This document shows, piece by piece, positions 1 to 9,398 of a DNA stretch of 64,000 nucleotides. The stretch is from Rhodobacterales bacterium. GTDB lineage: Bacteria; Pseudomonadota; Alphaproteobacteria; Rhodobacterales; CAZPXZ01. Position 1 is the first letter of the stretch. Every line of letters starts with the position of its first letter. The DNA lies in NCBI GenBank assembly GCA_965217995.1, contig CBDCKB010000004.1, positions 323,788 through 387,787 on the forward strand, in the 5' to 3' direction. Under the pieces are notes generated by a model, which was not told the DNA's origin, made no database searches, and was given only the letters and a program-made list of their open reading frames with translations. Made by a program: the position numbers and the translations under genes.

Positions 1-86
1 GCAATCTCTGCCGGTGCACCGGCTACGACAAGATCGTGCGCGCCGTGCAGGCCGCGGCGCAGCAAATGCAGGAGGCGAAGAAATGA
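1..86 (+). CDS. 3' end of a [2Fe-2S]-binding small subunit of a xanthine dehydrogenase/CO dehydrogenase-family molybdoenzyme (5' part lies outside the window)
   Basis: Frame 3 reads NLCRCTGYDKIVRAVQAAAQQMQEAKK-stop. CRCTGY is the typical second Fe-S motif of CoxS/XdhA-type subunits. The stop overlaps the next start as ATGA at 83-86. Confidence 0.75.
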   Translation, partial: NLCRCTGYDKIVRAVQAAAQQMQEAKK

Positions 87-2320
87 GCACCCGGATGCCG
101 GAATTCCGCGTCGTTGGAACCCGCCCGCTGCGCCCGGACGGCGTCGACAAGGTGACCGGACGGGCGCGCTTCGGGGCCGACACATTCGCGCCGGGCATGC
201 TGGTCGGCAAGATCCTGCGCAGCCCCCATCCCCATGCCCGGATCCGCTCGATCACCACCCACCGGGCGGCGGCGGCCCCCGGCGTCAAGGCGGTGATCAC
301 ACGGGCGGATTTCGACTCCGACCCGGGCCGCGATCTGGCCGATGTGCTCGACAATGTGATGGCCGGTGACCGGGCCTTCTATGACGGACATGCCATCGCG
401 GCGGTGGCGGCAATCGGCGAACGCGAGGCACGCGAAGCGCTCGAGCTGATCGATGTCGACTACGAGCCCCTGCCGCATGTCACCGATGTCGATGCCGCCC
501 TGATGCCGGATGCGCCGGTGCTGCGGGAGGGTGTCGCGGATGATTCGGTGCCCGCGGGCAGCCCAGGAAATCTCACCCGCCGCTATCAATTCGGCCATGG
601 CGATGTCGAGGCCGGATTCGCGGAAGCGGATGAGATCCTCGAGCGGTCCTTCCGCACCGAGGCCGCACATCAGGGTTACATCGAGCCGCATGCCTGTCTG
701 GCAACCCTCGGGCCGGATGGAAGGGGCGAACTCTGGTGCTGCACGCAGGGGCATTTCATGGTCCGCAACGCCTGTGCCGCCCTGCTCGGCATCAATGCCA
801 GCCAGCTGCGGGTGACCGCCTCCGAGATCGGTGGCGGGTTCGGCGGCAAGACCGTCGTATTCATCGAGCCGGTGGCACTGGCACTGGCCCGCAAATCCGG
901 GCGGCCGGTAAAAATCGTCATGACCCGCGAGGAGGTGTTCCGGGCGACGGGGCCGACTTCCTCGACCAGCATGGATATCAAAATCGGGATGCGGCGCGAC
1001 GGCACCCTCACCGCCGGGCAGGCCGAACTGCGCTATCAGGGCGGTGCCTGGCCGGGCGCGCGGGTGCATCTCGGGGCCATGGCGGGATTCGCGCCCTACG
1101 ATCTGTCGAATGTGAAGACCATCGGCTGGGACGTGATCTGCAACCGGCCGAGGGAGGCCGCCTATCGGGCGCCGGGGGCACCGATGGCCGCATTCGCCAT
1201 CGAGAGCACGATCGACGAGCTCTGCACACGGCTGGGCCTGGACCCACTGGAAGTCCGGATCCGCAACGCCGCCCGGGACGGGACGCGGGCGACCTACGGC
1301 CCGAAATTCGGGACCATCGGTCTGCTCGCAACACTGGAGGCGGCCCGGGATCATCCCCATCACCAGGCGCCGCTCGGCCCGAACCAGGGACGGGGAATCG
1401 CCTGCGGCTTCTGGTTCAATTTTGGCGGCGAAACCTGCGTCTCGCTCAATGTCAATGCTGACGGAACCGTCGGACTGTCCGTCGGCACACCGGATATCGG
1501 GGGTTCGCGGGCTTCCCTCTCGCAAATCGCGGCGGAGGAGCTCGGCATCCCCTATCACCAGATCCGCACCATCGTCGCCGACACCGCCTCCCTCGGCTAC
1601 AACGACGTCACCGAAGGTTCCCGCGCCACTTTCGCGAGCGGCCTCGCGGCCATCGAAGCCGCGCGCATGGCGGTCACCAAACTCTGCGCCCGCGCCGCCC
1701 GGATCTGGGGAATCCCGGAGGATGCCGTCGAATGGGTCGACGGCCATGCCCGCCCGGCCGGTGCCAATGCCGGCGACCACCCGCCGATGTCGCTTGCCGA
1801 GATCGCGGCCGAGACATCGCGCACCGGAGGCCCGGTTGCCGGCCACCACGAGATCAACGCCGACGGCGCCGGAGTGAGTTTTGCGACCCACATGGCCGAT
1901 GTCGAGGTCGACCCCGAAACCGGGGCCGTCAAGGTCCTGCGCTACACCGTCTTCCAGGATGCCGGCAAGGCCGTGCATCCGAGCTATGTGGAGGGGCAGT
2001 ATCAGGGGGGAGCCGTACAGGGCATCGGCTGGGCGCTGAACGAAGGCTATGTCTACGGGGAAGACGGCCGGTTGCAGAATCCGGGCTTTCTGGACTACCG
2101 GATCCCGGTGGCCTCCGACCTGCCGATGATTGATGCGGTGATCGTTGAAGTGCCGAATCCGGGCCATCCCTACGGGGTGCGCGGGGTGGGCGAGACCTCC
2201 ATCGTGCCTCCGCTGGCCACGATCGGAAACGCAATATCTGCGGCTGTGGGGGTGCGTCTGACCGAAGTGCCGATGTCCCCGCCGCGAATCCTGGCCGCGC
2301 TGGAAGCTGCAGCACAGTAG
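83..2320 (+). CDS. Xanthine dehydrogenase/aldehyde oxidase-family molybdopterin-binding large subunit (CoxL-like)
   Basis: The ORF 14..2320 has an internal ATG at 83 (MSTRMPEFRVVGTRPLRPDGVDKVTGRARFGAD) preceded by ggagg. The N-terminus is a/b-hammerhead-like and the C-terminus carries GVRGVGETS. It is coupled to the upstream Fe-S subunit. Confidence 0.9.
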   Translation: MSTRMPEFRVVGTRPLRPDGVDKVTGRARFGADTFAPGMLVGKILRSPHPHARIRSITTHRAAAAPGVKAVITRADFDSDPGRDLADVLDNVMAGDRAFYDGHAIAAVAAIGEREAREALELIDVDYEPLPHVTDVDAALMPDAPVLREGVADDSVPAGSPGNLTRRYQFGHGDVEAGFAEADEILERSFRTEAAHQGYIEPHACLATLGPDGRGELWCCTQGHFMVRNACAALLGINASQLRVTASEIGGGFGGKTVVFIEPVALALARKSGRPVKIVMTREEVFRATGPTSSTSMDIKIGMRRDGTLTAGQAELRYQGGAWPGARVHLGAMAGFAPYDLSNVKTIGWDVICNRPREAAYRAPGAPMAAFAIESTIDELCTRLGLDPLEVRIRNAARDGTRATYGPKFGTIGLLATLEAARDHPHHQAPLGPNQGRGIACGFWFNFGGETCVSLNVNADGTVGLSVGTPDIGGSRASLSQIAAEELGIPYHQIRTIVADTASLGYNDVTEGSRATFASGLAAIEAARMAVTKLCARAARIWGIPEDAVEWVDGHARPAGANAGDHPPMSLAEIAAETSRTGGPVAGHHEINADGAGVSFATHMADVEVDPETGAVKVLRYTVFQDAGKAVHPSYVEGQYQGGAVQGIGWALNEGYVYGEDGRLQNPGFLDYRIPVASDLPMIDAVIVEVPNPGHPYGVRGVGETSIVPPLATIGNAISAAVGVRLTEVPMSPPRILAALEAAAQ

Positions 2321-2322
2321 GC

Positions 2323-2568
2323 ATGGCGAAGGTACTGATCTGGGGATCGCTCCAGGAAGCCGCCGGCAGCGGGGCGGAGACCGAAATCGAGGCCCGGAAC
2401 GTCCGGGAATTGCTCGAACGGTTGGTGAAGGCCCATCCCGGACTGAAACCGCAGATCGAGCGGGGGATATCGATCTCGGTGGACGGCACGATCTACCATG
2501 ATTCATGCCTGGCCCCGGTCGGACCCGAGAGCGAGGTTGTTCTGCTGCCGCGCCTGGCGGGCGGGTGA
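2323..2568 (+). CDS. MoaD/ThiS-family ubiquitin-like small sulfur-carrier protein
   Basis: The 81-aa protein ends in the diagnostic C-terminal Gly-Gly (LPRLAGG). It starts 2 nt after the coxL-like stop. Confidence 0.7.
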   Translation: MAKVLIWGSLQEAAGSGAETEIEARNVRELLERLVKAHPGLKPQIERGISISVDGTIYHDSCLAPVGPESEVVLLPRLAGG

Positions 2569-2925
2569 ACCCGCCAGAAACAGAGGTTGCCATCTGAACC
2601 CGGGGTGTGGCCAGCGGCTATGCCGGCCCGGGCGGGGTCACGCAGTCCAGGAGCACCGTCGGCAGACCGACAGAAATTGTTCTCAAGTGCCGGATTTCGG
2701 TTCAAGCCAGCATCCGAGCCAAAACGAAACTCTGGCTGCGGCCGACGCCGGTTGCGATCTCGCGCATATCAGCTTTCCGGTCCGTGGATACCGAACCGGA
2801 CTGCCGCCTGGAAGTCAGGGGTGAGGTGCCGGAGAAATGCAATCCTGCCGCTGGCAATTTCGACATCTTCGGGAATGGGGCCGCGGTTCCGGTCCACCCC
2901 CGAAACGCTCCGGGCCGTATCCGGC

Positions 2926-5553
2926 TCAGAACGAGAAGTGATAGCCGGCCATCAGCGCAAGCTCCGGGCTCCGGCCCGCCTCATGCCCCGGCTCGAGCGA
3001 CAGCGCGGCTCCCAGCCGCAGCTCGCCGCCTTCCACCCCCACCGGCTGGCGCCATTTTGCACCGAGGTCCAGCTGCCGCCCGGAGGGCACGAGCGAGGTG
3101 TCGACTGTTTCATGCTGGACATTGCGCTGCTTGTCGCGACTGGTTGCCACTTTGAGCTGCAACCGGCCGCGCTCGACGCGCAAGGGCCATGCCGCCGACA
3201 GATGGAGCTGCCCGCCGCCCTTGAAACTGCGCTCGCCAGAGACGGAAAAGGCCGAGCTGGCAAGCCCCGAGACCTCCTGCACCGAACCCGGGGAGGCCTG
3301 GGGCGTGGAACGCCCCAATTCGGCGGCGGCCGACCATTCCCAGCCTCCCGCCTCGGCACGCAACCCGACCCCGGCGAAGGCAAGATCGGATGCGAACTCT
3401 CCAAACGCTCCCGTCGCCTCCATGCCGAGCGAACCTCCGAACTCGTGGAGCGCCCCAACGCGGAAGCCAAGCGGACCGTTTGCCGGATTCCAGGACAGCA
3501 TGGCACCTGCCGTCTGTGGGGGGCCCTGTCCGGCATCGGCAAATTTTGGCGATGTCGCAAAAGCGGAAAAATGAAGCGCACTGTTCCCGAAGGTCAGTGA
3601 GGCGCCGCCATCGGAAAGCGGGATGAGCGAGGCATGCCCGGTGGCCCATGCGGAATCCGGGCCTTCCCAGCTGGAATGGTTGATGCCGAAGCGCAGACGC
3701 GCAGATGCCAACGGCATGTCGACAAGGCCTCCGGGCGTGCCCGGTTTGACCGCCACGCGGACACCGCCCCCGGTTTCATAAAATTCGGTTTCCGGCTCCA
3801 GGAAGCGGACCAGCCGATAGCCGATGGCCGGCATCGCCGCCGGCGCAACGAACCGGTCCAGATCAACCCGAAATGGAAAATCGAATTCATCAAATACGGT
3901 GATTGCGCGCCCCCGAAGACCGGCAGTCAGGGCATTTCCGAAGGCCGCCCCGCCCCGAAAGCCGCTTGATGCGGCCGGCACCCGCAGGTCGTAAAGAGTA
4001 TCTCCGAGTGCGATCGTCATCGGCCCATCCGGCCGGGTGGCCGCATCGAGATCCATCCGCCCCCTCCCAAAAACCGAGGACAGTTCACAATCGTCCAGGT
4101 CACCGTCCGTGTCGAGATGATCCGGGCATTGTCCGCCCGTAGCGGCCGGATCATCCGGGGCGGCGGCACCGGACTGGTCGGCAGTCCTGTAGAGAAGCAT
4201 CAGAATGTCATGATTTCCCACGGTGGGGAAACGTTGCATCAGCAACGCGAGCCCGCCCGCTACATACGGTGCCGAGAAGGATGTCCCGCGGACCTTCAGG
4301 TAGGAACGATCCCCTAATGAACCCAACAGCATCCCGGGACTAAACCGAGCGACCAGGATATCCTCGCCTGGAGCTGCAATGCACCATTTTGCGGCAATGC
4401 CACAGCGGTTCGAGAAGATGGCGATGTTGCCGTTTCTCTGCGTTGCGACGACCGCGACCACATGGCTTTTGAGATCATCAAAAAACACCTGGAGGGCGGC
4501 ATCGACGGCCGGCGAGGTCGCATCAAGTCGCCCATCTATGCCGCAACTGGCACTTCCCGGCGTGCATTGATGGTTGTGATCGTTTCCGGCGGCAATCACG
4601 ATAAGTGTCTTGTCCCTGTCCATCTTGCCAGTTTGCGCGCGGAGATCGATGTCATCCGCCAGTGCCGTTGTGATCTGGGTCCTATCGTAATTCTCGGCCA
4701 GCCCCGGCCCGCCGAAACTTATACTGATAATGTCGGGTTCCTCAGTCGGATCTGTAAGTACCGTGTCAATCCATTCATCAGTCTGGCTTTGTGATGCCTC
4801 CAACTCGTCTATGGAAAACGGGCTATAGGGGGAGGTTGCGCGGATGTCTCCTACAGGCGCCAAAATTGCCCCCACATTCGCTGAAAAAAATCTCATCCTG
4901 GCCCGCCAGGCGATGCCATGAAAATTATGATCGCGCGTGTCCTTCATTTTCGTCATGCTGTCTAGAAGAGGACCGCCGCTACTGCCACGCTGGGCCAGAA
5001 TGATGCTCGCAACCGCAGTTCCATGACTGCTTTCGTCAGCGGTGGCCCCGCCCCCCGGCCCATCTCCATTTCCTCCGAAAGCTGTTGGTATTTCCTCCGT
5101 AACATCAGCCCCCGTAAACTCCCAATGATCCAGATCAATGCCGGAGTCGATGACAGCAATCGTGACCCCCTCGCCGGGAGCCAGGTCAGCGGCCGAGTCC
5201 CCCTCCTCCTGCGCAATTCGGGCATAGGCCGCCGCCGTGCCTGTGGCGTCCAAGGCCCAATTCTCAGCGTTGCCCAAAGCATCCCGGAGGCCGTGATATT
5301 CCTCAGCGTCCTCAAACTCTTCAGTCAACTCTGCAACCGTGGGCCCCGATGGTGATGGAGTGGGTGGTGGAGTGGGTGGTGGAGTGGATGGTGGAGCAGG
5401 CGGTGGAGTGGATGGAGGATTGCCGCCACCAGAACCGCCGCCCCCGCCACCACATGAGGCAAGTGCCAAAAACCCGGCACAGCACACAGCAAGGATAAAA
5501 CCGGAGGTGCGCAACGGGCCGCATCCCATACGAAACCGGCTCAAGGGAGTCAT
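2926..5553 (-). CDS. Subtilisin-like (S8) serine protease autotransporter, probably a lipoprotein (NalP/SphB1-type)
   Basis: Catalytic triad contexts are AVIDSGID (Asp), SHGTAVASI (His) and GTSFSAPYVAGG (Ser). There is a lipobox LALASC followed by a Gly run and a Pro/Thr/Ser linker. The C-terminal roughly 280 aa look beta-barrel-like and end in aromatic GYHFSF. The start was chosen at ATG 5553 (MTPLSRF...); 5529 is an alternative. Confidence 0.85.
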   Translation of the reverse strand: MTPLSRFRMGCGPLRTSGFILAVCCAGFLALASCGGGGGGSGGGNPPSTPPPAPPSTPPPTPPPTPSPSGPTVAELTEEFEDAEEYHGLRDALGNAENWALDATGTAAAYARIAQEEGDSAADLAPGEGVTIAVIDSGIDLDHWEFTGADVTEEIPTAFGGNGDGPGGGATADESSHGTAVASIILAQRGSSGGPLLDSMTKMKDTRDHNFHGIAWRARMRFFSANVGAILAPVGDIRATSPYSPFSIDELEASQSQTDEWIDTVLTDPTEEPDIISISFGGPGLAENYDRTQITTALADDIDLRAQTGKMDRDKTLIVIAAGNDHNHQCTPGSASCGIDGRLDATSPAVDAALQVFFDDLKSHVVAVVATQRNGNIAIFSNRCGIAAKWCIAAPGEDILVARFSPGMLLGSLGDRSYLKVRGTSFSAPYVAGGLALLMQRFPTVGNHDILMLLYRTADQSGAAAPDDPAATGGQCPDHLDTDGDLDDCELSSVFGRGRMDLDAATRPDGPMTIALGDTLYDLRVPAASSGFRGGAAFGNALTAGLRGRAITVFDEFDFPFRVDLDRFVAPAAMPAIGYRLVRFLEPETEFYETGGGVRVAVKPGTPGGLVDMPLASARLRFGINHSSWEGPDSAWATGHASLIPLSDGGASLTFGNSALHFSAFATSPKFADAGQGPPQTAGAMLSWNPANGPLGFRVGALHEFGGSLGMEATGAFGEFASDLAFAGVGLRAEAGGWEWSAAAELGRSTPQASPGSVQEVSGLASSAFSVSGERSFKGGGQLHLSAAWPLRVERGRLQLKVATSRDKQRNVQHETVDTSLVPSGRQLDLGAKWRQPVGVEGGELRLGAALSLEPGHEAGRSPELALMAGYHFSF

Positions 5554-5828
5554 GTCCGCCTTCGGTTCCGGGGACGGCATGTGCCACCCGCCCGGATCCT
5601 GCAATTTCCCAGCAACCGCATGCAACCAACTCCCTCTATGACCCTCTCGCCGGCCACCGCAAGAACAACACCCATGACGCCGGAACGAATTTCGTAGCCC
5701 AAATCCTTGCAATCCACATGGCCGATGTCGAGTCGGCTCTGACGGATGCTGCGTTCTCTTGCAGCAACACGCGGCCCCCCTCTATGCCCGATCGCGGCCC
5801 GCAAAACCCTGATTCCGGCATTCCCCTA

Positions 5829-7580
5829 TCATTTTCTGGCCTCCGACGGATCTTCCGCTGTGTCCAGGATCGGTTTGCGCAACCAGTCCAGAATTCTGTC
5901 CTCTCCCGCAATCGCCAGGTGAACCCGGGCCCTCGACATGGCTACATAGGGAAGTTCCCTTTTGTCCACCAGACTCTGGTCGGCGGCAAGCAGCACCACA
6001 GGACGCTCGAGACCCTTGAATCTCCGGATGCTGTCCACCACGATCGCGCCCTCGCACGGCTTCTCGCATCGGGTCGTTTCGCACCCGCCAAAGCGACCGT
6101 CCGATGTGAGGGCCTCGATGGCTTTCTCGCTGGGGACGAGAACGGCAATATCACCCGGCGGCACCCCCTGATCCGCAATCAGGCGACCGGCATATTCGGA
6201 AAGCACACGCCCGGTTGCCGCAAGCCCCTCCGCAGGCACCGGAAGCCATTCCACCTCGGTGCCCTCGGTGCCGGATGCCTCAATTTCGGAACCGACATAG
6301 AACCGGTGGACGGCGGCGTGGATCTGCAGCGTATTGCGCAGGTTCTTCACAAGACGAAAGCTGGATGCCTCCACATCTTTCGGCAGTTCTCCCGCCTCCT
6401 GATGGACCTGCTGGTTGCTGTCGTAGAACACCCGCAGGACACCCCCCGATTTGAGTCCGGTGTCGAGCGCAATCCACCAGAGTTTCCGGAAATCCTGTCC
6501 CTCATCCACGATGATCGCGTCATACCGCACATCCGGCAGGCGTTCGAACGCGGTCATCAGCACGTCCGGAGCCTGGTCGTACCATTCCCGGGACACCCGG
6601 GCGGGGTCATCCGGCGGCGTCCGGGACGTGGCATCCGACGGCGGATCGAGCCCGGCGCACTTTTTCATATATGCGCACAGACTGTGGAAGGTTCTGACCT
6701 CGAAGGCCGCATCTTCCCCCAGCCCCCGCTGCGCCCAGGCCGAAAGCGCGCGGTTGAAGCAGACAAACAGCACCCGCCGCCCCCCTTCGGCCTGTCTCGC
6801 CGCCTCCTCGAGGGCCAGCATGGTCTTGCCCGTGCCGGCCGCGCCGCTGATGGCCACCCGCGATTGCTCCCGGATCGACTCCAGGACCCAGAACTGGTTC
6901 CGGGTCAGAACCTCCAGCCTGCGGTCATCCGCCGACAGCAAATTCTGCAGCGGCATCCGGAAATGCACCGGGTTCGCCAGAATCTTCTCCAGCGCACGAA
7001 TGCCGTCATTGCCCAGCGCCTTCTCCCGGTCTTCCGCTTTCGGCGCCACGCCCATGCGGTTCCCGATCCACTCCCCGCTCCCGTCGCGACGGAAATCCTC
7101 ACAGCTCCAGAAGATCTCCCGCGGCCTGTCCGCCCCCAGAACCCCCTCGGGCAGGGAAGCGTCCGGCAGGACGACACCGTGCCGCATCCGGATATACCGC
7201 TGGTGCCAATCCGGGGTTGCCTTCAGCTTCGCAAGCAACTGATGCTTCGACGACCGCGCCTGCGAGACGGGATCCTTGATCCGATGCTCGACCCCGGCCC
7301 GGTCCCGGCTGGTCCACTGGTCGCTTTCCGGATCAAACGCAACCGCGCCACCCTTGACCTCCAGGACAAGAATCCCCCGCCGGGGATGCGCGACCACAAA
7401 ATCACATTCGCCGTCGACTTCTCCGCCATCCGGGCCGACCCCGAGCCACGGACACGCATAAAACACATGGAACGAACCGTCCAGAATCTGCTTCAGCCGC
7501 TCATAGACCTCGCATTCCGCCCGCCGCAGCGGGTCCCCCGCGACCTCCTGCGGCAACGATCTCGGCCACATGTTCGCCAT
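5829..7580 (-). CDS. NERD-domain protein fused to a UvrD-like (SF1) helicase/ATPase
   Basis: This is the real part of the 1751-aa track ORF, with ATG at 7580 (MANMWPRS...). The N-terminus is NERD-like (ECDFVVAHPRRGILVLEVKGG). It has Walker A (GAAGTGKT), IIVDEGQDF and a C-terminal FKGLERPVVLL motif. Confidence 0.8.
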   Translation of the reverse strand: MANMWPRSLPQEVAGDPLRRAECEVYERLKQILDGSFHVFYACPWLGVGPDGGEVDGECDFVVAHPRRGILVLEVKGGAVAFDPESDQWTSRDRAGVEHRIKDPVSQARSSKHQLLAKLKATPDWHQRYIRMRHGVVLPDASLPEGVLGADRPREIFWSCEDFRRDGSGEWIGNRMGVAPKAEDREKALGNDGIRALEKILANPVHFRMPLQNLLSADDRRLEVLTRNQFWVLESIREQSRVAISGAAGTGKTMLALEEAARQAEGGRRVLFVCFNRALSAWAQRGLGEDAAFEVRTFHSLCAYMKKCAGLDPPSDATSRTPPDDPARVSREWYDQAPDVLMTAFERLPDVRYDAIIVDEGQDFRKLWWIALDTGLKSGGVLRVFYDSNQQVHQEAGELPKDVEASSFRLVKNLRNTLQIHAAVHRFYVGSEIEASGTEGTEVEWLPVPAEGLAATGRVLSEYAGRLIADQGVPPGDIAVLVPSEKAIEALTSDGRFGGCETTRCEKPCEGAIVVDSIRRFKGLERPVVLLAADQSLVDKRELPYVAMSRARVHLAIAGEDRILDWLRKPILDTAEDPSEARK

Positions 7581-7820
7581 TGCACCCGCCCCTTCCTGTT
7601 GCGCATGGCAGCCGGTCCCGACCCGCCACCTGCCGCCGCGCAGCCCTGCCGGGTACCGATATCCTGCTGATCGGAGGGCAGTATAGGATGGGCAGTGTGG
7701 TATACAGCCCGAACGGCAACGACCCGTCATCCGCGGGTCGTGCGACCCCGGATTTCCGGCCAACCTCTTGCGCCGTTTCGGGCTATGGTATGCCGCTTTT
7801 ATCGTGCGACGGGAGGAACC

Positions 7821-9374
7821 ATGCCGAGACCAGCCCGCAACCGACAGAGACAGGGCGGCCATGGTGCCAACACCCGCGCCGCGGGGCCGGCTGTCGTGCA
7901 GCGCCCCTGGGGGCAGCCCGTCAACAACGACCGGTGCATCGAACCCCTCGACGAAGAGGGCGTGCACACCATCCATGACGGTGCCATGCGGATGCTCGAG
8001 GAGGTCGGCCTCGAAATCCTCCATGACGAGGCACTCGGTCTCCTGCGGGATGCCGGCGCCATCGTCGATGCCGACCGCCATCACGTGCGCATCGGCCGCG
8101 ACATTATCGAGAGCGCGATCGCGGATGCCCCCGAGGCGTTCGATGTCGTGCCCCGCAACCCCGAGCGCAAGATCCGGATCGGCGACCGGCATCTCGCCTT
8201 CTCGCCGGTCGGCAGCGCACCCAACGTGCAGGACATCGACCGCGGACGGCGCACCGGCAACCGGGAGGACTATCGCAACCTCATCCGCCTCGGCCAGTAT
8301 TTCAACTGCATCCACCTGATCGGCGGCTATCCGGTCGAGCCCATCGACCTGCACCCCTCCACCCGCCATCTCGAGGCGCATCTCGACAAGATGCTGATCT
8401 CCGACAAGGTCACCCACGCCTACAGTCTCGGCAAGGAGCGCGTGGCCGATGTGATCGAGATGGTGCGCATCGGCTCGCAGGTCAGCGAAACGGAATTCGA
8501 AGAGACCGCCCGGATGTTCACCAACATCAACACCAACTCGCCCATGAAGATCGACGGGCCGATGATGGACGGTGCCATGCGCTGCGCCGAGCGCGGCCAG
8601 GCGGTGGTGGTGACCCCCTTCACGCTGGCCGGCGCGATGGCGCCGATCACCCTCGCCGGGGCGGTGACCCAGCAGACCGCCGAGGGGCTCGCCGGAATCA
8701 CGGTCTGCCAGCTGCTCCGCCCCGGCGCGCGCTGCGTCTATGGAGGGTTCGTCTCCAATGTCGACATGAAGTCCGGGGCCCCGGCCTTCGGCACGCCGGA
8801 ATACATGCGCGGCGCGCAGATGGGCGGACAGATGGCCCGCTTCTACGGCCTGCCCTACCGGGCCTCGAACGTCAATGCCTCGAACATCCCGGACACGCAG
8901 AGTGTCTGGGAGTCGGCCTTCGCCCTCTGGGGGGTGGTCACGGGCGGCGTCAACATGATGTTCCATGCCGCCGGCTGGCTCGAGGGCGGGCTGTCGGCGA
9001 GCTATGAAAAATACGTGATCGACGTCGAGATGCTGAACTGGATCGGAGCCTATTTCGACCCGATCGAGATCAGCGAGGATGCCCTCGGCATCGAGGCCGT
9101 TCGGGAAGTCGGGCCGGGCGGGCATTTCTTCGGTTGCGAGCATACCCAGGCGCGCTACGAAAACGCCTTCCACGCGCCGTTTCTCAGCGACTGGCGGAAC
9201 TACGAGACCTGGGCCGAGGACGGGGCCGCCGACGCGACCCAGCGCGCCAATGGAATCTGGAAGAAAATCCTCCGGGAATTCGAGCCGGCGCCGATCGACC
9301 CGGCCGTGCGTGAGGAGCTCGAGGCCTTCGTCGCCCGACGGATCGAAGAAGGCGGCGCACCGACCGACTTCTGA
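7821..9374 (+). CDS. Trimethylamine methyltransferase (MttB) superfamily protein, non-pyrrolysine type
   Basis: ATG at 7821 follows gggagga. The sequence PLDEEGVHTIHDGAMRMLEEVGLEI...DAGAIVD is typical of MttB-family N-termini. There is no in-frame TAG. Confidence 0.85.
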   Translation: MPRPARNRQRQGGHGANTRAAGPAVVQRPWGQPVNNDRCIEPLDEEGVHTIHDGAMRMLEEVGLEILHDEALGLLRDAGAIVDADRHHVRIGRDIIESAIADAPEAFDVVPRNPERKIRIGDRHLAFSPVGSAPNVQDIDRGRRTGNREDYRNLIRLGQYFNCIHLIGGYPVEPIDLHPSTRHLEAHLDKMLISDKVTHAYSLGKERVADVIEMVRIGSQVSETEFEETARMFTNINTNSPMKIDGPMMDGAMRCAERGQAVVVTPFTLAGAMAPITLAGAVTQQTAEGLAGITVCQLLRPGARCVYGGFVSNVDMKSGAPAFGTPEYMRGAQMGGQMARFYGLPYRASNVNASNIPDTQSVWESAFALWGVVTGGVNMMFHAAGWLEGGLSASYEKYVIDVEMLNWIGAYFDPIEISEDALGIEAVREVGPGGHFFGCEHTQARYENAFHAPFLSDWRNYETWAEDGAADATQRANGIWKKILREFEPAPIDPAVREELEAFVARRIEEGGAPTDF

Positions 9375-9398
9375 AGCCAACCCAAAAGGAGAGCAGGA

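Noticed and set aside
23-2593. 856-aa minus-strand ORF
   Set aside because: It is antisense to the CoxL-like gene, low in complexity and Arg/Pro/Gly-rich, with no motifs.
5718-7670. 650-aa plus-strand ORF
   Set aside because: It is antisense to the NERD-helicase gene and has no recognisable motifs.
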